A stretch of 64,000 bases of DNA, taken from Vicugna vicugna (Eukaryota). The notes beneath the pieces are model-generated. The model saw only the letters and a list, made by a program, of their open reading frames with translations. It was not told where the DNA came from and ran no database searches. The translations under genes were made by a program, and so were the position numbers. Shown here in pieces: positions 14,100 through 26,316 of the stretch. Numbering within the stretch: position 1 is the first letter of the stretch; every line of letters starts with the position of its first letter. The stretch lies in NCBI GenBank assembly GCA_013265495.1, contig MU058687.1:248001-312000 (forward strand), read 5' to 3'.

Positions 14100-15600
14100 T
14101 AGGTGCACAAAATTGTGGTCCCTTTTATCATAAAATGCAAAGCTCCCTCCTCCTTTGGCTTTAGTAACACCACACTCTCCAGGTTTTCTTCCTTCCTCAC
14201 CATTGGTTCCTTCCTGGTCTCCACTGCTGACTCCCCTTATACAGCATCCCTTAAACGGTCATCCCTTCACCTCCTACTGCACACTTTCCATGGGTGATGC
14301 CATCAGCTCCCCTAGCTCCAACTGCCTTCTGTGTTCTGGTGATTCCCAAGGGTCTGTTCCAGAATATCTGATAGACAGAAGGGGCTCAAGGGAAGTAATC
14401 AGGTTTGTCTGGAACTTGTCTTGAAGCTGTAGCTACACAGTAAATAATCATTTTTACTGAAATGATATGTTTATTTGGGGTAGCTTGGTTAGAGTTCGTG
14501 GAGGGGGCAACACTCTACTTTACCATCCCTTGGGGGATCTCCTGCCCCAGACCCATGCATCCACCTGCCCACTAGCTATCTTGAATGTCTCGCAGGCACC
14601 TCCAACTAAACCTGTCCTAAATTGGACTCATTGTCTCTCCCCTAAAATCTGCTCCTCCTCCAATGTTTCAAGCAGAAACGTAAGCAACACTTTGACTTCT
14701 CCCTTGCTCTATACCTTTGGTTGGTCCTCAAGGCCTTTCAACCCAACTCCCTTGGCATCGTCCTCCCCCAGTGCTCTGACTCCCACTTCTCCATCTTGTC
14801 CCAGTGACCGAAAGGACCTCCTCATGCTCTCTTTGCTGCCTGTCTTCCCCCATTTTCAGTCAATCTCCACATCATAGTGAGTGGCTTTTTTAAAAAGGAA
14901 ATCTGATCCTCTCTCTCTCTCTCCCTCATATGCACACATATAAACACATACACACCATCGATCCTCAGCGGCTCCCCACTGCCATCAGGGTAAAGTCCAA
15001 ACCTCTTAGCTGACACAAATGGCTGGCCCATGACCTGACCCCTGGCAGTCCCCTGCTGCACCCCCTCCACCAATGCTCCATCACACCCTGCTGCTTGCAG
15101 CTCCCAAAACAGACCATGTTGTGTCATGCATCCACTCCAGGCCTCACCTGAGCAGCTCCCTGTGTCTAGAATGAACTGACTCCCGTTGCCAGCTGGTGGA
15201 TGCCTGCTTGTTTCTTGGGACGCTGCTCGAACACCTGCTCCTCCAAAAAGCCTCTCATTCATTAATTCCATAGATTTCACTGAGCACAAGTACCCTGTAA
15301 GGCACAGGGGCCATCCTAGACCTTTCCTAACGGTCCTCTCTCCTCTGGCCTGGCAGAAGTGACCTGTCCCTCCTCCAAGCCCTGCAGACCCTTGAACGCT
15401 TTTACACTATCATCTGTGGAACTAATTGCTCTTGGCTTTTGTGCGTAGACTTTCTGTGTCTCCCTCAGACTGTGAACACCTTGAAAGGGGAGGTTGGATC
15501 TTCTTTACCTCTAGGTACTTTGCCAGTACATAGCACACAGTAGGGACCCAATAAATGCAAATGGCATGAATGAGTGAAAGAACAAAGAACACGAGGGAAA
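14100..15600 (+). mobile_element. L2 fragments
   Basis: Pyrimidine-rich L2-like body; 3' end ...CATAGCACACAGTAGGGACCCAATAAATG...TGAATGAGTGAA. Confidence 0.7.
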
Positions 15601-16078
15601 GCACTCTGTAAACCATGATGGGCAGGGTTCCACTGTCAACTGCTATTGCCAGTTTTCTTTTTCTCCATAACTGGGGAATTCAGATCCTAAATGCCAACCA
15701 GGTAGGTCAGCACAGCTTCCTAGGGGGAATTCCTGAGCCTTTCCCCACCTCTGTACAAGTGGAAGTGAGGATCAGGGAGCGGCTTTGGTCCCTAAGTTGT
15801 TCCAAAGCATATGCTATTGGGAGACCACAGAGGAGCGGGACACAGATTCATGCGGTAGATTCCTTGCAGGCCTCTTACAATGACCTGCAATCAGGAGGCT
15901 AGGGAGGGGAAAGGGGGAGGAAGGAAAGCAGACATGGAGGGCTAGGGCCTTAGAGCAAAGTGTCTGCTACACGTGGCACTGCCCCCTCCCAGCCCCACAC
16001 CAAAAACAGGTCACCCCAAGCATAAGTCTTTCATCTGCAATCCTGCAGTTTAAAACCCAATCCACGGGGCAAGGGGTT

Positions 16079-16156
16079 GGGGGCAGAGTATAGCTCAGTA
16101 GTAGAGCGCAGCTTAGCATGTATGAGGTCCTGGATTCAATCCCCAGTACCTCCATC

Positions 16157-16211
<55 letters not shown>

Positions 16212-16213
16212 AA
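16079..16213 (+). mobile_element. Camelid tRNA-derived SINE with expanded (TAAA)n tail
   Basis: TATAGCTCAGTAGTAGAGCG...GGATTCAATCCCCAGTACCTCC followed by (TAAA)n from 16157. Confidence 0.9.
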
Positions 16214-16932
16214 TCTTCTCCACAAATCTCTCCATTACACCCCGCTCACCTGATCTAAGAGCATTTTTTGCTTAACCTCTTATGGTTATGTCCTAATTTA
16301 TAAACCCGCCATCTATTCAGGGATGAGCATGGGCCAAGAGCCCTGAGCCTGCTGCCTGCCCTGCAGGATATCCTAGTATAAGCATCTTAGCACGCTAAGT
16401 GAGACTATAGTATCTGAACACATACATATTTTCATACTACAGAGTCCCCAAACTAAAGCCAACCACTTCATCTGGTGTTCAACCTTAGAAACTGCAACTT
16501 CTTCCAGAACTAGAGGAACAGCCTAAGATGAATTTAAATGTTAAGAGCCAGTATGTCTGCTGCCCACCCAGTGCCCTCCTAAGGGACTTTCAAGGTTAAT
16601 CTTGACTATATTCTTATTTTTCACTTGACACACTGACTTTAGAACCTGACCCCCAGAAAATGCAACTCCATTCTCCTGGGTGACAGATCTACCCTGAGTC
16701 TATTTTTCCCTCTGAGTACAACCCATCTCAGAGGCTGATTGCCAGCCTCCTGAAGGGAAGGGGTTGGTGGGACTCCACTTTGCACCCCTTGATGTGGGAC
16801 AGTGTTGAGAGCACTGTAGCTGTTCTGTAAATGCCCAGTGAGGACAGTCAGCCTTGGGTTGACTGGCTGTTCAAGGGTGCTGGGTCTGTGTTCCTGGGCC
16901 CTCTAGCATCCCACCCTCTTCTTAAAGAGATG

Positions 16933-17157
16933 AACAGATACACACTAATATACATAAAATAGATAAACAACAAGGACCTATTGTATAGCACAGGGAACTA
17001 TATTCAATGTCTTGTAATAATCTATAACGGGAAAGATTCTGAAAAAGAATATATATATATATACAACTGAATCACTCTGCTATACATCTGAAACATTGTA
17101 AATCAACTATACTTCAATTTTAAAATAAAAACTTTTTAATTAAAATTTTAAAAAAAG
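16933..17157 (+). mobile_element. L1 3' end (cetartiodactyl-type)
   Basis: AACAAGGACCTATTGTATAGCACAGGGAACTATATTCAAT...GTAAATCAACTATACTTCAAT plus A-rich tail. Confidence 0.85.
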
Positions 17158-17744
17158 ACCTCGCCTCCACCCTGGTTTGTTTGTTTTTTTCCCTCAAGTT
17201 TCTTCTTTTTAAATCTTTGTGTACCGCCTTAAGGAAACTAAAGAGGTAGAATTGTGAACAAAATCCTTGGTTTACAAATACACAGGCTGGAACTGACGAT
17301 TACGATGATTAAGATGATCAATGTAGGATAGTGAAAGGAAATGGAATGTGGAGTTTGTGCCCTGATTCTTCCATTTAACAGCTGTGCGACCTTCGAGAAG
17401 TCACATCCTCTCTGAATCTTAGTTAAAAATGAGTTACCACAGGTGCCCTTCCCAGCTTTAAATTCTCTGAAATGTTGTTACTGCAGTTACTACAAAACAG
17501 GAGCTGGATGGTAACAGTCCCTGAGGTCCCAAAAGTTGGCCTCAAAGTTGTAAAAGTCCTACAGTTCTAAAAGTTTATTATTTTGTGAAACAGTAGATTA
17601 TAGAAAATATTGATTTTTAAATGAAGTTTATGCCTAATTTTTCAGAAATAGTTCTCTGTGTATATCCAAATTTCACCCATATATGGGTGTTCATCAAGAA
17701 TTTTCACTTAAAAAAAAAGAATTTTCACTTAAAAGTGAATTCAA

Positions 17745-18060
17745 CATATTGACTGCAATATTGTATGTAATAGCAAAATGACTGGAAACAACCCAAATTC
17801 TCTGCAACTAGTAACTAGTTAAATAAATGATGGCATTTGCATACAGTGGAGTACAATTTAACCATTGGAAAAAATGAGGCAGCTCTATAAGCACTGATAT
17901 AGAATAATCTCCAAGATACATTAAAAGTGAAAAACACAGAATGCAGAAGCCTGTGTATAGTATGCTGGCATTTGTTTGTATATTCATATTTTCTTCTATT
18001 TGCAGAGGCTACATCTGGAAGCATAGCTGAAAAATGACAAATGTAGTTGCCTAAGAACAC
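17745..18060 (+). mobile_element. Old L1ME-like fragment
   Basis: GTAATAGCAAAATGACTGGAAACAACCCAAAT...TAAATAAATGATGG. Confidence 0.65.
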
Positions 18061-18342
18061 TAAAGGATTGAATAAAAGAGGAACATTAGATGATGGGAAA
18101 TTTACTTATTCAAAGTTATTATGTTATCTAATTTATCAACATTTTCTTATGGGTTCTGCTTTGTTTCTTTCTTTAGAAGGTCTTCCATTCCTCAAAGTTA
18201 AAATAGATGTTTATTTTTCTAATTCGGTTGCATTTGTATATGTATACATATGTCTGCATCTCTTCTCTGTTGAAATTATTTTTGAGACTTACTTTACAAG
18301 ATATAACATCTCTTTTGATGTTAAACGATATGTACGTATTAC

Positions 18343-18835
18343 CTTTTTTATTGAAGTATAGTTGATTTATAATATGTTAATGTCAGTTGTACAGCATAGT
18401 GATTCAGTATTTTTACAGATTATATACTCCATTAAAAGTTATTACAAGATAATGGCTATAATTTCCTGTGCTATGCAACATAACCTTGTTGCTTATCTAT
18501 TTTATACATAGTAGCTTGTATCTCTTAATCCCACACCCCTAATTTGCCCCTCCCCCTTCCCACTCCCCTTTGGTAATCACTAGTTTGTTTTCTATACTTG
18601 AGTCTGTTTCTGTTTTAATATACATTCATTTGTATTATTTTTTAGATTCCACATATAAGTATTTGTCTTTGTCTGACTTACTTCACTAAGCATAGTATTT
18701 TCTAGGTCCATCCACATTCCTGCAAATTGCAGAATTAACTTATTTTTCATGGCTGAGTAATATTCCATCGTGTGTGTGCTTATGTGCATATACCACATCT
18801 TTATCCATTCATTTGTTAATGAGCACTTGGGTTGT
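18343..18835 (-). mobile_element. 5'-truncated L1 with ORF2 C-terminal remnant
   Basis: ORF 18592-18798 MEYYSAMKNK...WMDLENTMLSEVSQ resembles the L1 ORF2p C-terminus; 3'UTR and poly(T) on plus. Confidence 0.9.
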
Positions 18836-21800
18836 ACATTATGTTTTGAATAGAAAGATGGGGGGAAAAGAATCTACTAGATTTTATTTTTAAATAAAAC
18901 AAAAAAACTTAAAGAATCTAGCTTACAGGGTACATTTTATGGTATGTGAATTACATCTCAATTTAAAAAGAAAGAATCTAGCTTATATGGCAAGGTTGAA
19001 ATTAATAGCATGAGAACTGGGTGAAGACAACAGAATCCTCCTAGGTAAGCCTTATGTTAGGGTTTAGCCAGGATCTCCCCAACACTCAGTTTTATAGTTT
19101 AGCCTAATTTTATAGGTTCAATACCTGTTTGAGCAAATCAAAGCTGCAGACAAACAGGAAGCATCTCTTTGTCTTCCTCACAAGTCTTGCTTGAGAGTTG
19201 GCCCTATCTCTTTCTACCAGTCTGGTTCCCTTGGAAGACCAGACCAACCCAAGTGAACAAATGGTCTCCCCTAAGAGCCAGTGCTCAGGCACAGGACATC
19301 ATGAGGCAGGTCAACTGGACTCAAGTCAGGACAAGGAGGAGCCAGTGCTGAAGCTGGACAGACACTATCTGGCACCCAGGGGGAAGAGGTGCTGCAAATG
19401 AAGCAGAACAATGAGGTGCAAAACCAGGAGGTATCAGGGAGAGGCTAACAGGCAGAAGGAGACAGGGTGGGTAAATGTTCAGAGAGACTGGGAACATGGT
19501 GCTTGGTGCTTGGGTTGGGGGTACATGTCTATGCACAAGCAGACAATGTCTGCAAGCCACTGCATTTGCTGTGTCTCCATCATCATCATCAAACATTCCC
19601 TGGGATTTGCTATGAGTGGACACCAGGGCTGGGAATACAAAGCTATATAAAACAGGGGCTTCCAGTTTAGTTGAAAAGTGATAATATTGATCCACCCAAA
19701 AGCACATTTAAGGAGCCAAATGAAGGGTATGATCAGAGCTATGTTCCAAAGGAGAAGTTGAAAATCATTTAGACCAGGTTTCAAGCCTTTCTTCATCAGG
19801 GGACCCCAGTGGATGTTACCAGGGAGAGGCCCACAGGGTGGGTCAGGGGAAATTCTTAAGGAGGGGAACATGAATAGGGCTAAAAGGAGAGCAAGACTGA
19901 GCCAAGCGGGAGAGAGGAAAGAGGAGGCATTCCAGACTTCTGGGGAAGCAGAAGAGGTACAAATGTTCTCCACCAGCAGTTTGGACAAGCACGAGGAGCA
20001 GGTCACTGGGTCAGAGCAGAGGGTTAAGGGCAGGAGACCAGTGGCAGTCAGATCCCTGTGGAGAAGGCCCTGACTGCCAGCCTAGAGGTTTGATCCTTAC
20101 TGTGCAGACAGTGGGAAACCACTGAAAGTTGCTGAGCAGGAGGGTCACACTGGCAAACAGGCGTTTTAAGCAAGATTACAGAGAAGCCCTTTATCCCAGG
20201 CTTATTCAAAGACCTGTATGTATTTCAAGTGGCACTCGAGACAGAAAGTCGTAAAGCATTGCCCTGTGTCATGTAGACGAAGGAAAAAAACAGGTTTAAG
20301 GATCTCACAAAGAGATGCTTCAGAGGGAAGGAGAAATGAGGTGGGGGCACATCTTAAGGAAGGAAACAGATTTGCAGGAGAGAACTGCCAGGCATCTGGA
20401 AAACTGCAGAACTTTCTTCGGAGTCTGGAATGCACTCTTATGGCTGGAGGGGTTCTGCCTCCTTTTTTGGAGGTTGGTTGTGATGTCAGAACATGGGATT
20501 GTGGTGTAGGGAGGCAGCTGGGAGGAGGCAGATGAACAGAAATATAAATATTGCGGCTGGAGAGCATAAAAGGCCTCCCATATCATGACCACCCTCTGGC
20601 AGGGGCCTTCATCTGCCTCTCAGTGGAATCTTGGGGTTTTTGCCAAAGTTGCTGGGAGCTTCCTAATTTCCCAAACAGCTTCTCCTCTTAAAACAATAAA
20701 ATGATTTTTCAAGTCTGTCAAGTTTTGATTCAGAGCTTTTTCAATATTGTTCTTAGTTGTTCATAGCGAGGCAGTAGGCAGGGCTATTCTGGGGCCATGA
20801 ACTGGGCAGCAATTTTAGGCCATAAATCAGCATTTACGTAAGGTGGGAGAGGAAGTCAGGATTAAGTTTCCGGTCTTAAACTGGGCTGTGTACAACTGCA
20901 GGGCAAGCTCTGTGAATGCAGAGGCAAAGCTGAGTAAGCCAGGGGAAGGGCCTGAGTTATGCACAAAAATCAGTCAGGCTGAACTGAAGAAAGGGGCGGA
21001 AAAGAAAAAAAAAAAGGAAATGGGCGGGCAACTGTTCCAGGTGGCTCCACAACTCTGAGTGTCTCTGGCCTTTGCAAGGGGTCCCTCCCCTCCACTCTCC
21101 GGCTACATTCCCAGAGGGCCTTTGGGTACTTTTAATCTCTGCATGTTCTACATGAACACAAAGGATTGCAAGCTTAAGGCTGTCTTTCCTTTGGAGTCAG
21201 AAGGGACTGCTCCCCTCCCCTGACTCTCCAGACTAGTACGGTGGTGGTGGCATACGGTGGCGGTGGCATACGGTGGCATACGTTAATAAAGCAGCCCTGG
21301 TCAGGTGATACAGATAACCAGGACCTTGACAGTCAAGTTCAGTAAAAAGCTAAACGTACCCAAAACAAGAGGTTGTGCAACTCATGGGAACTCCTGCCTT
21401 AGTGGTGTTTTGCTCTAACCCTCATTCCCCTCTGGCAAATGTGTCCATGTGTCCCAGACTTTCCAGAAATGTCTTGATTTCACATGTTTTTCCTTGAGTC
21501 TCTGGAAGCACATAGATGTCTGCCAGGGACCGTGCCCTAATGTTTTGGTTTGACAAATGGTCACTTTGCCCGTGACACACAGCTGGCATGAGGTTGCAAA
21601 ACAATATTTTTCCCTCCAGGTGAAACTCAATTACTTGGTTGGGGAGAAGGCCAGGCGTGGGGAAGCTCCTCTGTGCCAAGGCCATTGGTACCTGCCACTC
21701 TGAGCAGAGAGGCTGCCGGAGCCCAGCAGTGAGGCGGTGCCACTGAGTCACAGTACCCTCAGCAGGGCTGAGTGCTGCCCTGACAGCGTTTTCTACCTCG

Positions 21801-22363
21801 GGCAGGGAGCGAGTGGGCTGAGACTTGGCATGCGAGAAGAATGGGCCAGCATGCATCCTGTGCATGTTTGTGACTGTGTTTTTAATCCCTGTACCACAGT
21901 TAGCCACCTCTAAGGCCCTCAAGGAGAACCTATCTGCCTTCTTTCCATGCTTGCAGGCTTGGCTCCCTTCCTGCAGCACAGCAGCTCTGAGATGTGAGGA
22001 CCTCCACCTTGTGCAGCAAGCCTTGCTCAGAAAGGGGGCTGGGGGGGCGTCCTCTGGAGAAAATTAACAGGACTCACTCCTCTGCCTCCCCCATCCCCAC
22101 CCCAGACACTGTCACAGACACACAGTGTCAAAGACTCAGCCCTTTTCCCTTTGACCAGAACACAATAAAGGAACTAGGACCCACCTACTAAATTTCTGCA
22201 GCTGACATTTCAAGGCTCGAAGTCTAGCTCACCAGCGCAGTCACACATGTCTGACGTGTCCTCTTTGCAACCAGTCCCAATCCAGCCACCATGCAATTTT
22301 GCTAATTCAAACTGCTTTCCCGTTTAGGGAGGTTGATAGCCATCGCCCATCGCCTTTTCCTGC

Positions 22364-22371
22364 TGACGTCA
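22364..22371. promoter_or_regulatory. Full palindromic CRE (TGACGTCA) near the promoter
   Basis: Exact CRE with retained CpG, ~1.5 kb into the putative transcription unit. Confidence 0.45.
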
Positions 22372-22532
22372 TCCCACATTTTCTACAGGCACAAATAAGG
22401 GTACAATTCCTGGGATAGTTTTCAGGCCGCAGAAGGTGGGAGTGGAGGGATCTTGCGCTCTTGGGTCCACTTCACTTCTCTGGCGTTTGGCAAACTGTTC
22501 GAGGTTAGGGGAGAGGCAAGGAAATAAATCAC

Positions 22533-22939
22533 CTAGCTAGGGTGAAAGGCCCAAAAGAACTTGACGATTGCAGCTCAGGCCCAGATCTGTCCTGGGTATT
22601 TGCAATGCAAATCTGCCTTTCGTTCGCTGCCACCGAGGTCTTGCACAATAGCCTGTGTATAAACATCCACGCCAACAATGCCTGACTGTGCAATCACGCT
22701 GTAATTACAGGCCGGCAGGAAGCTGCTGCTAGGAACTGCACCATTCAACCTCCAGACATCCCATGTCCGAGTCTCCATGGCACGGAGGTGCATTCCTGCA
22801 CACACCAACGCGTCCCTGCCGCGGCCGCGGCCGCGGCTGCTACAGTTGCAGACTCCAAGCCAAGGAGCCCAGGCGCCACCCGCCCCGGCCTGCCAGCCCC
22901 GAGTTACTTTGCAGGGATGTCGTAAACTTCTCAGCTGTT
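22533..22939 (-). other. Candidate second/alternative 5' exon
   Basis: Minus-strand (GTTTT)n tract followed by AAG|AACAG acceptor(s) at ~22940/22935; possible donor TAG|GTGATT at 22533; unique CpG-containing sequence. Donor is weak. Confidence 0.25.
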
Positions 22940-23379
22940 CTTTAAACAAAACAAAACAAAACAAAACGAAACAACCTTTCGCCACGAGGCTACCAAGGGC
23001 GGCGGGAACCACCATCAAAGTTCCCAAGCACATTCCTGCAAGCCTGAGCAGTTTTAGAAAACAGAAAAGAGCGAGATGCCGCAGAGTCCACTGGAAGCGA
23101 GTTTCAGAGTTTTATATAGAAAACACTCACATATGTATGTGGGTGTGCTGACAGTTTTTATGGCTAAATTGCAAAGTGTTAGGCCTTAGTGATTATTGTC
23201 AAGTTCAGGACGTGGTGAGGGAAGAGAAAGAGCGGGGGAGTCAGAGAGATTTGATCAAGGAGGGCTTAGGGGCAATTCTGGTTTTGCTTTTCGGACATGC
23301 GTAGGGTTGTTTTCCCAAACTTCCCAATTGCTCTGCTCTTTGTCACTGGAGGGCCAAGCAAAGAAAAGTGGGAGGAAAG

Positions 23380-24150
23380 TTCCTTTAACTTCCTTCCTGC
23401 GGCCTCAGCGAGGGCTGCTAAGAGGAAGAGAACGCTTCCCTGGGAAGCGCCGGGCGGGGGCCAGGGGGCGACCGCTCCCAGCCTGTCGGAATGGCGGGGT
23501 GCCGAGCGGAGGACTAGCTCCAGACGCAGGCCACGCGAAGCCCCTTTCCTGCACCATTCCGATCGCAACGGCGCCTGGAGCTGCCTGGCTGCAGCCCTGG
23601 CTGGTTGAAGTCCCGCGACAAAACAGCGACCACAGCGGCGCAGCCCCGGGCCCGGCGGATCCTGGCCACCGAGCTCCCTCCCTGCAGAGCCCTCCGCACG
23701 CAAGCCCAGCGCAGCCGGCCCTACCGGCCCGCCACATCCCCGCCCGCTCGGCCGAGCCCCGGCCCGGAACGCTTCCGGGCCCCACGTCGGCGCCCCGGTG
23801 GCGGAGGGGGCACCGAGCACGCGGCTCACCTGCGCGCTGGACCCCGGGGCTGCTCCGAGGGGCGCGGGGCGCAAGCGAGCGCGACCCGCAGACTCAAACT
23901 TTGTTGCTCTTGGGACGGCGCAGTCGTCACTTCCTCGCAGAGCGGGTGGCGCGGCCAGGGCTGTGACCCAGCAGCTCGCGCGGTGGCGCGCCGGGCCCGG
24001 CAGCCGCCCGCGCCCCCGGCTCTGCGCGCCCTCGGCTGCTGGGGAAGCGGGCAGCGGTCCGCCGAGTCTGCACCCCTCCGGGGAAGGCTCACTCCAGCCC
24101 GGTTATTTCCACGCGGAAGTGCGGTCGAGCCTACTCTTAGGCTGGATCTG
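23380..24150. promoter_or_regulatory. CpG island / promoter of an unidentified gene, probably transcribed on the minus strand and possibly bidirectional
   Basis: Very GC- and CpG-rich block in otherwise CpG-depleted DNA; GC boxes, two ETS motifs (23928-23935 minus, 24113-24121 plus), strong minus-strand donor at 23830. Confidence 0.9.
23830..23930 (-). other. Probable non-coding first exon (5' boundary approximate)
   Basis: Minus strand reads ...CCAGCGCGCAG|GTGAGCCG, a consensus 5' splice site inside the CpG island just downstream of the ETS/half-CRE motif; no ATG in the exon. Confidence 0.55.
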
Positions 24151-24290
24151 GAAGGTGGTGTTGGGGTTCAGGGACCCAGAGCTGGGGTTCCCGGAGAAAC
24201 AAAGGGTGGGGAAGGAGGAAGAGAAAGTTTCTCAGTTTGGTGTTGAAGCTAGAAACTCATGTTAGAAAGCACCGTGCAGTGTGTATGGGG

Positions 24291-24337
24291 GTGTGTGTGT
24301 GCGCGCGCGCGCGCGTGCGTGTGTGTCTGTGTGTGTG
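24291..24337. repeat. (GT)n(GC)7(GT)n alternating purine-pyrimidine tract
   Basis: Directly visible. Confidence 0.95.
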
Positions 24338-25782
24338 AACCAAATAATGCCTAAGCTAGGCCTTAAAACATGGATCTCCTCTCCCCACATCCCCCCAAAA
24401 GATCTGCACGCTTATTCATCATTTCCACTGATTATAAGCGCGCAGGACGTTCAGCATTCTTCAGACTTCAAGAAGCTATTACAGCGCCCAAGTTGGGGAT
24501 GCAAAATAGTTTCTGTTCTAATCCTCCCCCGCGATTTCCACCTCTTTCTTTATACTCAACTCAGAGATCTCTTTGGGGCCTGTTGCATTCCGAGTTTCGT
24601 CAGGGACCAAAAGTGACTCGGAGGGTAGGGCTGGAGTCCTGACAAGAGGAGCTTCACGCACTAGTAATTCTGAAATTGATCATTGCCCAAAATAAATTTA
24701 CTCACTGTATTAAAAACTACAACAACAAAAAGCCGTCGTTTTGGTTTCTGATAAATAGCAACAAAGTAGTTAAACAGCAGTCTTTCGGGAAGAATTCCTG
24801 ATCCTGTAAAGTTGGAGAGAAAACGGGTTAGCTTTTACTGTGGTTAAAAAAAAAAAAAAGCAGACATTTGAAACTGCAGTGGAGAGCTTTCATAACAGAA
24901 ACATTAGCTTCATTGTAGCTTGCTGTGAAAACAGGAACCTTTTCAAAGGTGGTTCAGGAGCATCAGTTAGGGCTCAACAATTTTCCCTTTTTCCCCAAAT
25001 ACTGCTTCTACTTGCACATTGGACTTCCTGTTCCAATGCCTCATCTCTTTACTAAAGCACAGGAAACCATAGAGTTGAGCTGGACTTTGAACAGAAAGGT
25101 GGATGTAAAATTGATAGAAAGTAACATCTGAGAAATGATCCCCAGGTCTATGTTAATACCTAGTGGGAAGTCAAAGTCTCATCCAAAGATTAGGAGTATG
25201 AAGATTGAAACTCTCCTAGCAACATGAAATCCTCCAAATTGCAACCCTTTATGCAGTAGTTCTGATTTCTACTGAGATATTATTAATGGAGCATCATAAA
25301 TACAAAATGTACCATGTAAGAAAAATAATGTTGCTTTGAGAAAAAAGTGCACTATTAGGCTCTCAATAATTATAATTCTCTGAAATTTTTATGCCATCAC
25401 ACATTGTGGGGCAGGGGAAAGAGGTGGAAGGATTGTCCATTTCGGTTTTGGAATAGGTAGAAGTAATTCCTTAACGCATTCTGCTTAAGGCAAGTAATGA
25501 CATAATCAAGAAGAGTAGGGAGAATCTGTCACGCGGACTTCTAAAAACAATCACGTGGTACTCCATATTTGTTAGAACAAGAGCAGAATATTGCTTTGTT
25601 TCAGTATTGTGATTCTGAATTCTCAGTCACAATTTCATGAATATTCAGCATTTCTGCATGCCCAGGAATAATTAGCAGACAGTGTAAATGTGTGAAGACT
25701 TGACATTTGTTCATGCAAAGACACGCATTGCTTTTTCTCTGTATAGGGTAGCATTTGCTGGAACACCACAAAGTGTAGAAGC

Positions 25783-26316
25783 TGTGGTAGGTAGCTTCGA
25801 AGACAGTCCCCTGCTAATAGTGATCCCCTACCTCCTGGTATTTTTGCCTTTGTAATCTCTTCTTGAGTGTGGGCTGAACTAGTTGACTTGGTTCTAACAG
25901 ACAGTACATGGCAGAAGTCATGGGATGTCACAGCTGAGATTAGGTTATATATATATATATAAAAAAAAACCTGTGGCTTTCATCTTGGGTGCTCTCTTTC
26001 TTTCTCTTTCTTGGATCTTTCACTGTGGGGGGAAGCCAGCTGCTGTGTCCTAAGGCAGATCTGTAGACAGGAGGCCTGTCAACAACCACATAAGTTAGCC
26101 TGGAAAAGGATACTTCCTCCTTCCCCCATACCAATTGAGCTTTCAGATGAGACCTTCCAGCACAGCCAAAAGCTGCCCCATGAGAGCCCTTGTAACAGAG
26201 GCATCCAGCTCAACTGCCTGGACTCCTGACCCATAGAAGTTGTAAGATAGTAAATATTTTCCTTAAGCTGCTATGTTTTGGAGTAACTTGTTACCCAGCC
26301 ACAGATAACTAATGCA
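25783..26316 (+). mobile_element. MaLR solo LTR (MLT1E/F-like)
   Basis: TG...CA ends, GGCAGAAGTCATGGGATGTCAC, 3' end ...CAGATAACTAATGCA; 5-bp TSD gaagc/caagc. Confidence 0.85.

Noticed and set aside
23196..24265. Long overlapping ORFs (256, 213, 202 aa) on both strands
   Set aside because: Stop-codon scarcity in a GC-rich CpG island; low-complexity Arg/Pro/Gly/Ala translations with no recognisable domain
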